DNA of 64,000 nt, taken from positions 672,001 through 736,000 of the forward strand of contig CAWBNQ010000003.1 of the NCBI GenBank assembly GCA_963790205.1, read 5' to 3'. The stretch is from Nitrospirota bacterium. Lineage in GTDB: Bacteria > Nitrospirota > UBA9217. The stretch's first letter is position 1; each line of letters begins with the position of its first letter. Both the position numbers and the translations under genes were made by a program. This document shows, piece after piece, positions 1 to 9,958 of this stretch. The notes under the pieces are model-generated. The model was given only the letters and a program-made list of their open reading frames with translations. It was not told the DNA's origin and did no database searches.

Positions 1-1
1 G

Positions 2-1231
2 GGCGAGCGCGGGCTTGAGGCGGCCGTGGTCCCCGATTTCGATTATCTCCGGAAGATGAACCTTTCAAATTCGCGCGAGACCATCGCGTTCGAGATCGAA
101 GACCTCGCCAAAGACCTGCCGCCCTACAAACGGATCTCGGGCCTCAAGATATTCAAGGAGTCCCTGCCCGTAACGCGTCTGGGCAAGCTCAAGAGGAGCC
201 TGGTAAAAGACCTGTATGAAAAGGGCGGCGAACGGGCGGAGAAAGCGGTGGAGGAAATCGACGGCAACCTGCTTGCGGACCCGGTTGCGAAGAAGCTGCT
301 CGCGTGCCTTGAACCCTTTTCCGCAAAAAAGAACATCGTGCCCGACGACAACCTGGAACTCGACCTCGGGCTCGATTCGCTTTCGAGGGTGGAGCTGGTC
401 GTGAGCCTCGAAAAGACCCTGGGCCTCAGCCTGCCGGAGTCCTTCGGCTCCGAGATCTTTACGGTAAAAGACGCGGTGCTGAAGCTCCGGGAGCTGATCG
501 CTTCGGGACCGGTGAAGGCCGGCGAGCAGGTGCGGCTGACCTGGGCCGAGATCCTCGTTCAGGAGCCTTCCGACGGGGTGCAACAAACGCTCAGCCTCGA
601 ATCGGGCCTGCTCTGCAGCATCGGCAAGTATCTCCTCAAAGGGTTTCTCAAGGTATTTTTCAAGGTCTACAACCGCCTTTCAATACGCGGCCTCGAGAAC
701 CTCCCGAAAAGAGGGCCCTATATTATCGCGCCGAACCATTTGAGCCTTGCCGATGCTCCGGCTGTCATGGCTTCGGTCACCTGGAGCATCGGATCGCAGA
801 CATTCTTCCTCGGCACCACCGATTATTTCGGCGGACCGCTCACGTCCCGGTTGGCCAAGTCACTTCAGGTGATCCCGGTTGACATGGACGCCAGGCTGTA
901 CGGCGCACTCCAGCTTTCCGCCTACGTGCTTCGGAAAGGCAAGGTCCTGTGCGTGTTCCCTGAAGGCGGCAGGTCGCGCGACGGAGGCATTAAGGAATTT
1001 AAAAAAGGCGTGGGCATCATCTCCCGGGAATTGAACCTTCCGGTGGTCCCCGTTGCCATCAAGGGCACGTACGAAATGCTGGCCCCGGGGAAAAAGTTCC
1101 CCCGGCCGGCCAGGGTCTCGGTCACCTTCGGCAAACCGATCCATCCCGGGGACAGGGATTATGACGGGATCGTGAAGAGGTTGCACGAGGAAGTTGTGGA
1201 ACTGCTGGGGGAAAGACGAGGGACGACGTAA
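2..1231 (+). CDS. C-terminal part of a fused long-chain acyl-CoA ligase / acyl carrier / PlsC acyltransferase protein (5' end outside the window)
   Basis: Frame open from position 2. AMP-binding C-terminal motif LPVTRLGKLKR, phosphopantetheine motif LDLGLDSLSRVEL, PlsC motifs NHLSLAD and FPEGGRS. Confidence 0.9.
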   Translation, partial: GERGLEAAVVPDFDYLRKMNLSNSRETIAFEIEDLAKDLPPYKRISGLKIFKESLPVTRLGKLKRSLVKDLYEKGGERAEKAVEEIDGNLLADPVAKKLLACLEPFSAKKNIVPDDNLELDLGLDSLSRVELVVSLEKTLGLSLPESFGSEIFTVKDAVLKLRELIASGPVKAGEQVRLTWAEILVQEPSDGVQQTLSLESGLLCSIGKYLLKGFLKVFFKVYNRLSIRGLENLPKRGPYIIAPNHLSLADAPAVMASVTWSIGSQTFFLGTTDYFGGPLTSRLAKSLQVIPVDMDARLYGALQLSAYVLRKGKVLCVFPEGGRSRDGGIKEFKKGVGIISRELNLPVVPVAIKGTYEMLAPGKKFPRPARVSVTFGKPIHPGDRDYDGIVKRLHEEVVELLGERRGTT

Positions 1232-1293
1232 GAAGTAAGAAGCCTCTATCATACGCCCTGCATCGGATCCTTTCATTAATAAGAGGGTTAACC

Positions 1294-2262
1294 ATGAAAT
1301 TCATAAAAAGATCGTTCCCGGTGGTTTTTCTGATGATCGTCGTTTCGTCCTGCGCGTCCACGCAGGCGCCCCCGGTGACGGGGGCGGCGCGTCCGAAGAT
1401 AGCGCTTGTGCTGGGCGGCGGCGCGGCCCGCGGCTTCGCGCACGTAGGCGTGATACGCGCGCTCGAGCAGGAGAAGATCCCGATCGACATGATCGTCGGC
1501 ACCAGCGTGGGCAGCCTCATCGGCGCGATCTATGCCAGCGACACGAACAGTTTCGATCTCGAATGGACCGCGTTCACCCTCGAAAAAGACGACCTCTTCG
1601 ACTACGCCATCTTCTCGGCGATCACGGGCATGGGACTGGTCAAGGGAGACAAGCTCGAAGACTTCGTGAAGGCCAAGATCCCGACCGCGAACATCGAAAA
1701 CCTCAAGTTGCCCTTTACCGCGGTCGCGACCGATCTCAACCGCGGCACGCGCGTGGTGCTCGACCGCGGGTCCGTGGCCAAGGCGGTGCATGCCAGCAGC
1801 GCCATCCCGGGAGTATTCAGCCCCGTCGATTATCAGGGCAGGCTTCTTGTGGATGGCGGCATCGTGGACAATATCCCGATCTCCGTGGCCAGGGACAAGG
1901 GCGCGGACATCGTGATCGCCGTCGACATCAGCGAGAACGTGACGAATTTCAACATTACCAATCTCGTGGACGTCGTTCTCCAGTCCGCGAACATCATGTT
2001 CAATGAAAGCGTGAAGAACAGGAAAAAGGACGCCGACGTGCTCATCACGCCGGCTGTGGGGGACGTGGGCATGCTCGATTTCACCCAGAAGAAGCGGTGT
2101 ATGCAGGCCGGCATCGACGCGGCGCAAAAGGCCATGCCGGAGATCAGGGAAGAAGATCGAAGAGTGGGAGAAAAAGGCGGCGCAGAAATGAGCCAACTAC
2201 CGATACAGAATAAACCACAGAGGCACAGAGACTTTCCAATCTACAAGTCGGCCTTATTATAA
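1294..2262 (+). CDS. Patatin-like phospholipase lipoprotein; natural stop probably at 2191 after a 1-nt indel at 2147-2149
   Basis: GGGAARG, GTSVG and DGG motifs; signal peptide with lipobox-like VSSC. Confidence 0.9.
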   Translation: MKFIKRSFPVVFLMIVVSSCASTQAPPVTGAARPKIALVLGGGAARGFAHVGVIRALEQEKIPIDMIVGTSVGSLIGAIYASDTNSFDLEWTAFTLEKDDLFDYAIFSAITGMGLVKGDKLEDFVKAKIPTANIENLKLPFTAVATDLNRGTRVVLDRGSVAKAVHASSAIPGVFSPVDYQGRLLVDGGIVDNIPISVARDKGADIVIAVDISENVTNFNITNLVDVVLQSANIMFNESVKNRKKDADVLITPAVGDVGMLDFTQKKRCMQAGIDAAQKAMPEIREEDRRVGEKGGAEMSQLPIQNKPQRHRDFPIYKSALL

Positions 2263-2460
2263 TAAATTTCATGTACCAACTTTGATGTATTCGTAAGAAA
2301 TAAAAATCCACCGCGGAGACGCAGAGAATAAAAATTAATTGGTTTCCTCCGCGCCCTCCGCGACTCTGCGGTTAAATCCGACTTTTTACGATTTTACCGG
2401 CTTTAAAAGACGGCATCAGGAGGCTTGTCCTTTAATCTTTCTCTGTGTCTCTGTGGTTAA
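2211..2460. repeat. Three nested palindromic mini-elements
   Basis: Outer AACCACAGAGGCACAGAGA / TCTCTGTGTCTCTGTGGTT; middle TGATGTATTCGTAAGAA / GACTTTTTACGATTTTA; inner ACCGCGGAGACGCAGAG / CTCCGCGACTCTGCGGT. Confidence 0.8.
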
Positions 2461-2483
2461 TACCGTTTTAAGGAGTCATTTCT

Positions 2484-3335
2484 GTGCTGAAAAAAATCAA
2501 GGTCATCCTCGATATGATCAAGTTCGAGCACACGATCTTCGCGCTTCCCTTCGCCTTTACCGGCGCGCTGCTCGCGGCCGACGGCCTCCCTCCGTGGAGA
2601 ACGGTCCTCTGGATCGCCGCGGCCATGTTCGGCGCGCGCTCGGCAGCCATGGGGTTCAACCGCTGGGCCGACCGGCACATCGACGCCGAGAACCCGAGGA
2701 CGAAAACCCGTGCCTTGCCCATGAGACTCGTTACGCCGGCGCAGGTGGTCCTGTTCACCGCGGCCTCATCGGCGCTGCTCATGTGTGCGGCATATATGCT
2801 GAACCCGCTTTCTTTTTATCTCTCGCCTGTTGCGCTTGCAGTCGTATTTTTCTACTCCTACACGAAACGCTTCACCTATCTGTCGCACGCCTTTCTCGGC
2901 CTCGCCATCTGCCTTTCTCCGATCGGCGCCTGGATCGCGGTCACCGGGAAGATAGAGCCGCCCGCGCTCGTGCTCGGCGCCGCGGTGCTGTTCTGGCTGC
3001 TCGGGTTCGACGTGCTCTACGCGCTCCAGGACATGGAGTTCGACCGCAAGGCCGGGCTCCACTCCATTCCGCAGCGTTTCGGGATCAGACGCTCGCTCTG
3101 GATATCCCGCGCTTCGCATGCTGTGACCATGGCCGCACTCCTCTGGCTCTCTATTTTACTCTCCCTCGGATGGCTTTACCTCGCCGGCGTTTTCATCGCC
3201 CTGTGCCTCATCGTCTATGAACATACGCTGGTGAAGGAGGACGATCTTTCAAAGCTCGATATCGCGTTCTTCAACATGAACGGCTACATCAGCGTGACGG
3301 TTTTTCTGTTCACCCTGATGGACAGACTGGTGTGA
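2484..3335 (+). CDS. ubiA: UbiA-family polyprenyltransferase (MqnP / 4-hydroxybenzoate polyprenyltransferase-like)
   Basis: IKFEHTIFALPFA, NRWADRHIDAENPRT, YSYTKR and FDVLYALQD motifs; multiple TM segments. Confidence 0.9.
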   Translation: MLKKIKVILDMIKFEHTIFALPFAFTGALLAADGLPPWRTVLWIAAAMFGARSAAMGFNRWADRHIDAENPRTKTRALPMRLVTPAQVVLFTAASSALLMCAAYMLNPLSFYLSPVALAVVFFYSYTKRFTYLSHAFLGLAICLSPIGAWIAVTGKIEPPALVLGAAVLFWLLGFDVLYALQDMEFDRKAGLHSIPQRFGIRRSLWISRASHAVTMAALLWLSILLSLGWLYLAGVFIALCLIVYEHTLVKEDDLSKLDIAFFNMNGYISVTVFLFTLMDRLV

Positions 3336-3341
3336 TGTCCA

Positions 3342-3941
3342 TCAGGGTCCGCCTTGTTTCCCCCTCTTGACCTTTGCCGCGCATTCCGGGCAGATGCCGT
3401 GCGTGAACGTTGCGTTCGAGCGGCTTTCGATGTAGGCCTCGACCTGGTCCCAGTAGCCCTTATCATCGCGGATCTTCCGGCACCAAGCGCAGATGGGGAT
3501 CATCCCGCTCAGCGTCTTGACGTTTGCCAGAGCATCCTGGAGTTCGCGGATAAGCTTGTTCCGTTCGATTGCATAACGCAGGGCGCGGGAAAGGAGATGG
3601 CCGTCGACCTGCCCTTTGATGAGATAGTCCTGGGCGCCCTCATGCACCGCACGGACCGCAAGCGCCTCGTCATCCAGACCGGTCAGCAGTACGATCGGCA
3701 CTGCGCCCGCCTTTTCCCGGAGTTTGAAGAACGTGTCGAAGCCCTGGCTGTCGGGCAACGAGAGGTCCAGCAGCACCACGTCCCGCTCGCCGTCCGCGAG
3801 CCGGACGAGGCCCGTGGAGAGTCTGTCCGCAGTCTCCAATTCAGGAACCCCGTCCCGCAGGCCTTTCAGCATTTCACGGATCATGCGTGCATCGGCGGGA
3901 TTGTCTTCGATCAGCAGGACCCTGAGCGGGCGATCACCCAT
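3342..3941 (-). CDS. Response regulator with a C-terminal Cys/His (putative Zn-binding) module
   Basis: REC domain (IED...LLDLSLPD...LTG...DYLIK) followed by IPICAWCRKIRDDKGYW...THGICPEC. Confidence 0.9.
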   Translation of the reverse strand: MGDRPLRVLLIEDNPADARMIREMLKGLRDGVPELETADRLSTGLVRLADGERDVVLLDLSLPDSQGFDTFFKLREKAGAVPIVLLTGLDDEALAVRAVHEGAQDYLIKGQVDGHLLSRALRYAIERNKLIRELQDALANVKTLSGMIPICAWCRKIRDDKGYWDQVEAYIESRSNATFTHGICPECAAKVKRGKQGGP

Positions 3942-3946
3942 AGCAT

Positions 3947-4393
3947 TTACCTCGTGGGAAGCTTTACGATCGTGAGCCAGAAATCCTCGATCGACCTGAA
4001 TATCCTGATGAACTGCTCAAGGTCCACGGGTTTCTTGATATAGCTGTTCACGCCGGATTCATACGCCTTCCACACGTCCTGGTCCGCGTCCGACGTCGTC
4101 AGGACGATGATGGGTATGGTCTTCAGTTCCCGGTCGGACTTGATCTCGCTCAAAACTTCCCTCCCGTCCTTCCTGGGCAGGTTCAGGTCGAGGAGGATAA
4201 GATCCGGACGGTCTGCATCGGCGTATTTTCCCTGCTTCTGCAAAAAAGCCAGGGCTTCTTCCCCGTCCGTGGCCACGCTGATATGGTTCGTGATCCTGCT
4301 GTCTTTGAACACTTCGATGGTCAGCCTGACATCCGCCGGGTTGTCTTCAACCAGCAAAATTTCGACCGGCCTTCCTCCTCGAGTATCGGTCAT
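3947..4393 (-). CDS. Single-domain response regulator (Rcp1-like)
   Basis: [34 protein letters not shown]. Confidence 0.92.
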   Translation of the reverse strand: MTDTRGGRPVEILLVEDNPADVRLTIEVFKDSRITNHISVATDGEEALAFLQKQGKYADADRPDLILLDLNLPRKDGREVLSEIKSDRELKTIPIIVLTTSDADQDVWKAYESGVNSYIKKPVDLEQFIRIFRSIEDFWLTIVKLPTR

Positions 4394-7230
4394 GGTGCCC
4401 CCTTTTTCTTCTCATGTGTTTGATCGATCGTGGTGTCGCTCCCGGCCGGCTTCGGAAGCGTAAAAAGAAAGGTCGAGCCCTTTCCCGGTTCCGAATTCAC
4501 CCAGATGCTGCCCCCGTGGCGCTCCACGATTTTTTTGCAGATAGCGAGGCCGATGCCCGTACCGGGGTATTCTTCGCGTTTATGGAGGCGCTGAAAAACC
4601 TGGAAGATCCGGTCGAAATACTGGGGATCGATGCCGATGCCGTTGTCCTGAACGGAAAAAAGCCAACCGGTTTCCAAGGCGGAATGCGGAATGCGCCCTG
4701 CACTCGCGCCTGACGCACTCGTAACCGCTGGGTGCAGGCGGAGTGAGGAATGAACTGCGGGATCAGCGAGCTGCTTCGCAGAAACATGGATGTGCGGCGG
4801 CTCATCTTTCTTCCGGTACTTGACTGCGTTTCCGATCAGGTTTTGGAACAGGTGCACGAGCTGTGATTCGTCAGCAGTCACGACGGGCAGGGGATCGGCA
4901 GTAATCACGGCGCTACTCTCCTCGATGGAGGCCTTCAGGTTCGTAAGCGCTTTCTGCATCACCAAATCGCAGTTCGCCGGCTTGAAGGGGTTCCCGCGGG
5001 TCGTGACCCGGGAATAATCGAGGAGATCGCGAATGAGCTGCTGCATGCGGAGGGCGCCGTTCACGATATATTCTATGAAATCGTCCGCGTTCTCGTCCAG
5101 CCTGCCCTTATATCTCTGTTCGAGGAGCTGCGCAAATCCGGACACGACGCGGAGCGGCTCCTGGAGGTCATGGGAGGCGATGGAGGCGAACATCTGCAGC
5201 TCCTTGTTGCTTCGCTCCAGTTCGTTGGAATAACGGACCAGCGCCTCCTCGGCCCGTTTCCTCATCATGAAATCCCCGATCTGGCTGCCGAGGGCGTCGA
5301 ACATCTTGAGCAGGTCCTCATCCGGAGACTGCACGCTATGGCTGAAAAAATCCATGACGCCGATCACTTCTCCGGCGCTCCTGATCGGGAAGGCGAACCC
5401 TGCGTGCAGTCCTGCCGCGACCGCAGCGGCGACGCGCGGGAAATTCGGGTCAGTTTCAACGTCGGTGATCCAGAGAGGGCGTCCGTCCTCCCATACGCGT
5501 CCCGGAAGGCCCCTGCCGCGCACGAAGGCGGTCCCGCGGCTGAGCGCATTGAATTCCGAGGCGTCCAGGGAGGGGGTTTGCCAGACGCCCCCCAGGCGCA
5601 GCGCCGGGGAGCCCGCTTCAACGAGCCACACCTCGCCCATTACCCAACCCACGTGTTCGCAGATGGACCGGAGGATATCGGGCGTCGCCTCGGCGGGAGA
5701 GCCGGATTTCGCGAGGATCTCGATCACCGCATACTGCACGGCAAGCCGGCGCTCCGCTTCTTTGCGTTCGGTGATGTCCTGCGCCATGAGGAAATAGCCG
5801 ATGAGGGCGTTGTTCTTATCGCGTATGCCGGTTATCCCCGTCTCGATGAATATACGGCGCCCGTCCCTCATCTGCTCGACAACGTAATGATAATCCCGGC
5901 CGAGCCGGACCATTTCCCTGGCCTTGTCAACGGCGCCCCGATCGACTTTTTCGCGCAAGTGGATCTCGTTGACCGTTTTCCCGATGACCTCCCCGGCCGC
6001 GTACCCGAAGATCTTTTCCGCCACGGTGTTGTAATACTTGATGCGGAGGTCGAGGTCGGTGGCGGCGATCGCCAGCGGGGAGGACTGCAGGATATTGTCG
6101 AGGTAGACCGTTTTTTCGCGTAAAAGCTCCTCCGCCTGCCTTTCCAATTTTTCCCGCGCCTTGATGATTTCCACGGTGAGGTTCTCGAACTGCTGCTCAA
6201 GCACGAAGAGTTCGTCGCCTCTGCGGATTTCCGGGACGTGTATGCGCAAGGCGTCCTGAGAAAAGTCCGTGATCGTTCGAGTGAGCCGCTGGATGTGCCG
6301 CGTGATCCAGATTGTTATCGCTGCAAACGCAAGGATGAGCGAAAAGGAGACGATAGCGCGCTGGAGGCGCTCGGCGGAGAGAACCGAGGCGTTCAGCCTG
6401 TCGGCCTCGGCCCGGGAAATGAACGAAACCAGCTGGACGGTCAAATCCGAGCCGCCCGAGTCAAAAAAGGATTTGCCGGTGACGAGGTAGTTCTTTTTCA
6501 GTGAATCGAGCGTCGCTCCGGAAGGTATCAGGTCGGACCTGTTGCTCGCGATGATGCGCGGCGCGTCCCCGGCGGCGAGCGCCACGATGTTCTCCTCCGA
6601 TGTCATGCCCAGAGCGGAGACGAGAAAATCGCTGTCAAGATTTACTGCCAGCATCAGCGTCGCCAGTGGTTTTCCCTGCGGGGTCTTTACTGATTCCGAG
6701 GTGAGCAGGAACGGTATGCCGTCCAGGGTCGTCATGAAGCTCTGATTATGACTGAGCTGCCGCAGAAGCGCTGAAGGCCGGAGCAGGGTCGCAGGCGGCG
6801 GAACGGGCCAGCCCTGATAGACCTCACGCACCCTTCCTTCGGGGTCGATCAGGAGTGCGTAATGGATATGCACGAATTTGCGCATGACCGACGCATTGGG
6901 GAGCCACAAAGGCAGTTCAGAATGCCAGGTGACGCGCATCGCGCCGTCCGGGGCTTCGATGCGGGACTCGGCATAAGCGATGATGCTCTGCTGTGAGGCG
7001 ATCAGCGTTGCCGCTTGCTCATATGATCCGACATAGTTGTCAAAGCGAATTCTGTTGTCCCCGGCCACTTCCGACAGTCGCCGGGCGAGGTTGGCCTCGA
7101 AGATCTGCCGCAACTTTTTTGTCTGCGTATGGTCGAGGACCCCCCATACCACGACGCCCACCAGGAACGTCAACATCAGCAGTTTCGGGGCAAGGGGGAT
7201 TCGTCGCAGAATTTTGGATGTCGTCTTCAT
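4390..7230 (-). CDS. Membrane sensor histidine kinase (periplasmic domain, PAS, GAF, HisKA, HATPase)
   Basis: Two TM segments; [10 protein letters not shown]-box, [22 protein letters not shown]. Confidence 0.93.
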   Translation of the reverse strand: MKTTSKILRRIPLAPKLLMLTFLVGVVVWGVLDHTQTKKLRQIFEANLARRLSEVAGDNRIRFDNYVGSYEQAATLIASQQSIIAYAESRIEAPDGAMRVTWHSELPLWLPNASVMRKFVHIHYALLIDPEGRVREVYQGWPVPPPATLLRPSALLRQLSHNQSFMTTLDGIPFLLTSESVKTPQGKPLATLMLAVNLDSDFLVSALGMTSEENIVALAAGDAPRIIASNRSDLIPSGATLDSLKKNYLVTGKSFFDSGGSDLTVQLVSFISRAEADRLNASVLSAERLQRAIVSFSLILAFAAITIWITRHIQRLTRTITDFSQDALRIHVPEIRRGDELFVLEQQFENLTVEIIKAREKLERQAEELLREKTVYLDNILQSSPLAIAATDLDLRIKYYNTVAEKIFGYAAGEVIGKTVNEIHLREKVDRGAVDKAREMVRLGRDYHYVVEQMRDGRRIFIETGITGIRDKNNALIGYFLMAQDITERKEAERRLAVQYAVIEILAKSGSPAEATPDILRSICEHVGWVMGEVWLVEAGSPALRLGGVWQTPSLDASEFNALSRGTAFVRGRGLPGRVWEDGRPLWITDVETDPNFPRVAAAVAAGLHAGFAFPIRSAGEVIGVMDFFSHSVQSPDEDLLKMFDALGSQIGDFMMRKRAEEALVRYSNELERSNKELQMFASIASHDLQEPLRVVSGFAQLLEQRYKGRLDENADDFIEYIVNGALRMQQLIRDLLDYSRVTTRGNPFKPANCDLVMQKALTNLKASIEESSAVITADPLPVVTADESQLVHLFQNLIGNAVKYRKKDEPPHIHVSAKQLADPAVHSSLRLHPAVTSASGASAGRIPHSALETGWLFSVQDNGIGIDPQYFDRIFQVFQRLHKREEYPGTGIGLAICKKIVERHGGSIWVNSEPGKGSTFLFTLPKPAGSDTTIDQTHEKKKGAP
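4696..4737. mobile_element. Short MITE-like element inserted in frame inside the kinase HATPase domain
   Basis: CCCTGCACTCGCGC...CTCGTAACCGCTGGGTGCAG, 42 nt, flanked by GCG on both sides; same termini as the element at 44492-44591. Confidence 0.7.
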
Positions 7231-8297
7231 TAATGCTTTGCCGATGCCGGCTCCCCGATCAGTTCATCACCCTTGAATTTCCATCCTGCATTTCTGAGAC
7301 GGTTTTGGGAAACAAATCCGAACCTGTCCGCATTAAGCTTCTCGAATTCCTTCTTCATATATTCGACGAGTTGATTCGCGTGCTTGTTCTCTACATTTTT
7401 CCCCACCCAGGTAGTAAGGCTGTAGGTGCGGTAAAAGGGGTACTTTAGGGATGCGAGCGCGGCCGAATCGCTGGGAAGAAATCCGTCTATCCTGAGCGGC
7501 TTCACCGTGCCCATGTTCCTGTACTTTTCAACCATCGTGAGCACTTCCCAGCCGATGGCGTTGCGCGATGAGGCCACCTGAGCGATCATGTCCGGGATGG
7601 AGCCGACCTCTTGGAGCCGCGGACTGAACTCTCTGTCGGTATCGAGCAACTGGCGCCAGTGGCCGGGCCGTTTCTGGCAGTGAAGCCTTGCGATCGCCTT
7701 GATCGTCCGGTCCGGACCGGGGACGCCGCGTGAAGTTTTGATCTCGGACCAGCGAAACAACTTGCCGCGGTATATATTGCGGAGCTGTGACGAGGAAACA
7801 TTGTCCACCGGATTGTCCGGATTGACAAAGAACGCTGTGGCCACGATGCCCATGGTGTGGAACCGCACGCCCGGCAGTCGGTCTTCGGCGCCCGGCGGGC
7901 AGCAGAATCCGCCCATGTCCACTGATTTTTTGCCGAGCATTCCCGCTGCAATGCCGCAGGTGCCTTCCTTCACGAAGATCTTCAGATTGTTGTCCTTGCC
8001 GAATTTCCGGATAATGGGCAGGAGCGTGTAATAGATGTCCTGGTCCATGACAATGGACAAATCCGCGTCCGCGCGCTCGGCTTCCCTCTCGTAGACAATG
8101 CGCTTGTCAATCCAATCGCCGGGCATGGGGAATTGTTTGGACGGATCCGTAAAGGTTTCGCCGCGGAGGTTGTTATCAGCGTCGTGCGCGATCGCAACGG
8201 CGCCTGCCAGAAACACCATGAACAGCAGCATGCGCATAATAAGCGTGGAGTGGTATTTCAGGTTTTTTTTCATATGTATCTTCCTCAAATGTTTCAC
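7230..8297 (-). CDS. Orphan periplasmic substrate-binding protein (PstS/PBP2-like fold), Cys-rich
   Basis: Signal/TM segment; FFVNPDNPVDNVSSSQLRNIYRGKLFRWSE and YPFYRTY typical of PBP2; stop overlaps the kinase start. Confidence 0.75.
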   Translation of the reverse strand: MKHLRKIHMKKNLKYHSTLIMRMLLFMVFLAGAVAIAHDADNNLRGETFTDPSKQFPMPGDWIDKRIVYEREAERADADLSIVMDQDIYYTLLPIIRKFGKDNNLKIFVKEGTCGIAAGMLGKKSVDMGGFCCPPGAEDRLPGVRFHTMGIVATAFFVNPDNPVDNVSSSQLRNIYRGKLFRWSEIKTSRGVPGPDRTIKAIARLHCQKRPGHWRQLLDTDREFSPRLQEVGSIPDMIAQVASSRNAIGWEVLTMVEKYRNMGTVKPLRIDGFLPSDSAALASLKYPFYRTYSLTTWVGKNVENKHANQLVEYMKKEFEKLNADRFGFVSQNRLRNAGWKFKGDELIGEPASAKH

Positions 8298-8626
8298 ATA
8301 AATTTATTGTAACACTGCATACGGACAATTTCACCATTTTCATGCGTTGAGAACGATTTTCCGGGAGAGGCTAAAGCCCCCAAAGCGGCACGAGATGAGC
8401 TTTCTTCCTGAAGGCAGGACGAAGAATGAACAGTGAGAATAATACTTTAGATAGCCATCATGCTCCAGGGTATTCTGCATCCCACAATAGGCCGCGAGGA
8501 AATGAGCTTTTTTATATAGCGAAAAAAAACACGAGGGAGTATTATTCAAGGGCTGTAACGAAAAATCCGGGACAGCGGGGCCGTCCTGCGCAATGAAAAC
8601 AATACGCCTTCTCAGGTTGCCAAACT

Positions 8627-9958
8627 ATGAATGCATTCAACATCAGGATTCTGATAGCAGACGATGAAAAAAACCTGAGAACGGTCCTGGCGAAGGAGCT
8701 TTCCGATGAAGGGTATGAGGTGCGCGAGACGGACAACGGATCGGCGGCGGCGGGATTGCTGGAAAAAGATGAATACGACGTGCTGCTTCTCGACCTGAAC
8801 ATGCCCGGAATGGACGGCATGGAGGTCCTGAAAAAAATAAAGTCCCTGGAACTGTCCACCGAAGTGATCATCCTTACCGGCCACGGCACCGTGTCCACGG
8901 CCGTGCAGGCCATGAAGCTGGGCGCCTACGACTACCTTACCAAGCCGTTCAAAACGGAAGAGCTCAAGGCGATCGTCGAGAAGGCGTACGAGAAGAAAAA
9001 AATCCTGAGCGAAAACCTGCGGCTCAAAACGCAGATAAAACGGCAGTCGGAAACCCAGGGAATCGTCACGGAGAGCCACCTCATGCGTGAGATCCTGGAG
9101 ACTGTGAAGAAGGTCGCGGTATCGGACTTCCCCATCGTCATCTACGGCGAAAGCGGCACGGGCAAGGAACTCGTCGCCCGGGCGATCCATGACGCCTCTC
9201 CCCGGGCTGACGGTCCTTTCATTCCCCTCAACTGCGGGGCGATTCCCGAGACGATGATCGAGAGCGAGCTCTTCGGCCACGAAAAGGGCGCGTTTACCGG
9301 GGCCCATGAGAAAAAACTGGGGCTCCTGGAGATCGCCGGCAACGGGACCCTTTTTCTCGACGAGATCGGAGAGCTGCCGATGCCGCTCCAGGTAAAACTC
9401 CTCCGGGTGATCGAGACATCGCGGTTCTTCAGGGTCGGCGGCGTCAAGGAAGTACGGGTCAGCGTGAAGTTCATCTCCGCGTCCAATAAGGACATAAAAG
9501 CGGAAGTTGAAAAGGGCGCCTTCCGGGCCGACCTCTACTACCGGATCAGCGCGCTGACGCTCCATATCCCTCCTCTCCGGGAGCGCAGGGAAGACATCCC
9601 CGTCCTTATCGAGCACTTCAGAAGTAAAAATCCAGCCTTCAAGCACAAACAGTTCAGTAACGATGCGCTCAATGTCCTTTCCCTATATGCCTGGCCCGGG
9701 AACGTGCGGGAGCTGCAGAACGTGGTGCACCGGACCCTTCTGCTGTCCCATGACGACGTGATCGTCGAATGCGACCTCCCGGCGGACCTGGTAGGGTGCC
9801 GCAAGGAGAGCAGCAAGCGGCTCGTTGACATGGAAAAAGAGCACATCCTCTCGGTGCTCAGGGACGCGGACGGCCACCGGGGCAGGGCCGCGGAAATCCT
9901 GGGCATCGACCCCAAGACCCTCTACCGGAAGCTCCAGGACTACGGAGTGAAAGGATGA
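8627..9958 (+). CDS. Sigma54-dependent response regulator (NtrC/AtoC family)
   Basis: REC, GESGTGKE, ESELFGHEKGAFTGA, WPGNVREL, Fis-type HTH. Confidence 0.95.
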   Translation: MNAFNIRILIADDEKNLRTVLAKELSDEGYEVRETDNGSAAAGLLEKDEYDVLLLDLNMPGMDGMEVLKKIKSLELSTEVIILTGHGTVSTAVQAMKLGAYDYLTKPFKTEELKAIVEKAYEKKKILSENLRLKTQIKRQSETQGIVTESHLMREILETVKKVAVSDFPIVIYGESGTGKELVARAIHDASPRADGPFIPLNCGAIPETMIESELFGHEKGAFTGAHEKKLGLLEIAGNGTLFLDEIGELPMPLQVKLLRVIETSRFFRVGGVKEVRVSVKFISASNKDIKAEVEKGAFRADLYYRISALTLHIPPLRERREDIPVLIEHFRSKNPAFKHKQFSNDALNVLSLYAWPGNVRELQNVVHRTLLLSHDDVIVECDLPADLVGCRKESSKRLVDMEKEHILSVLRDADGHRGRAAEILGIDPKTLYRKLQDYGVKG

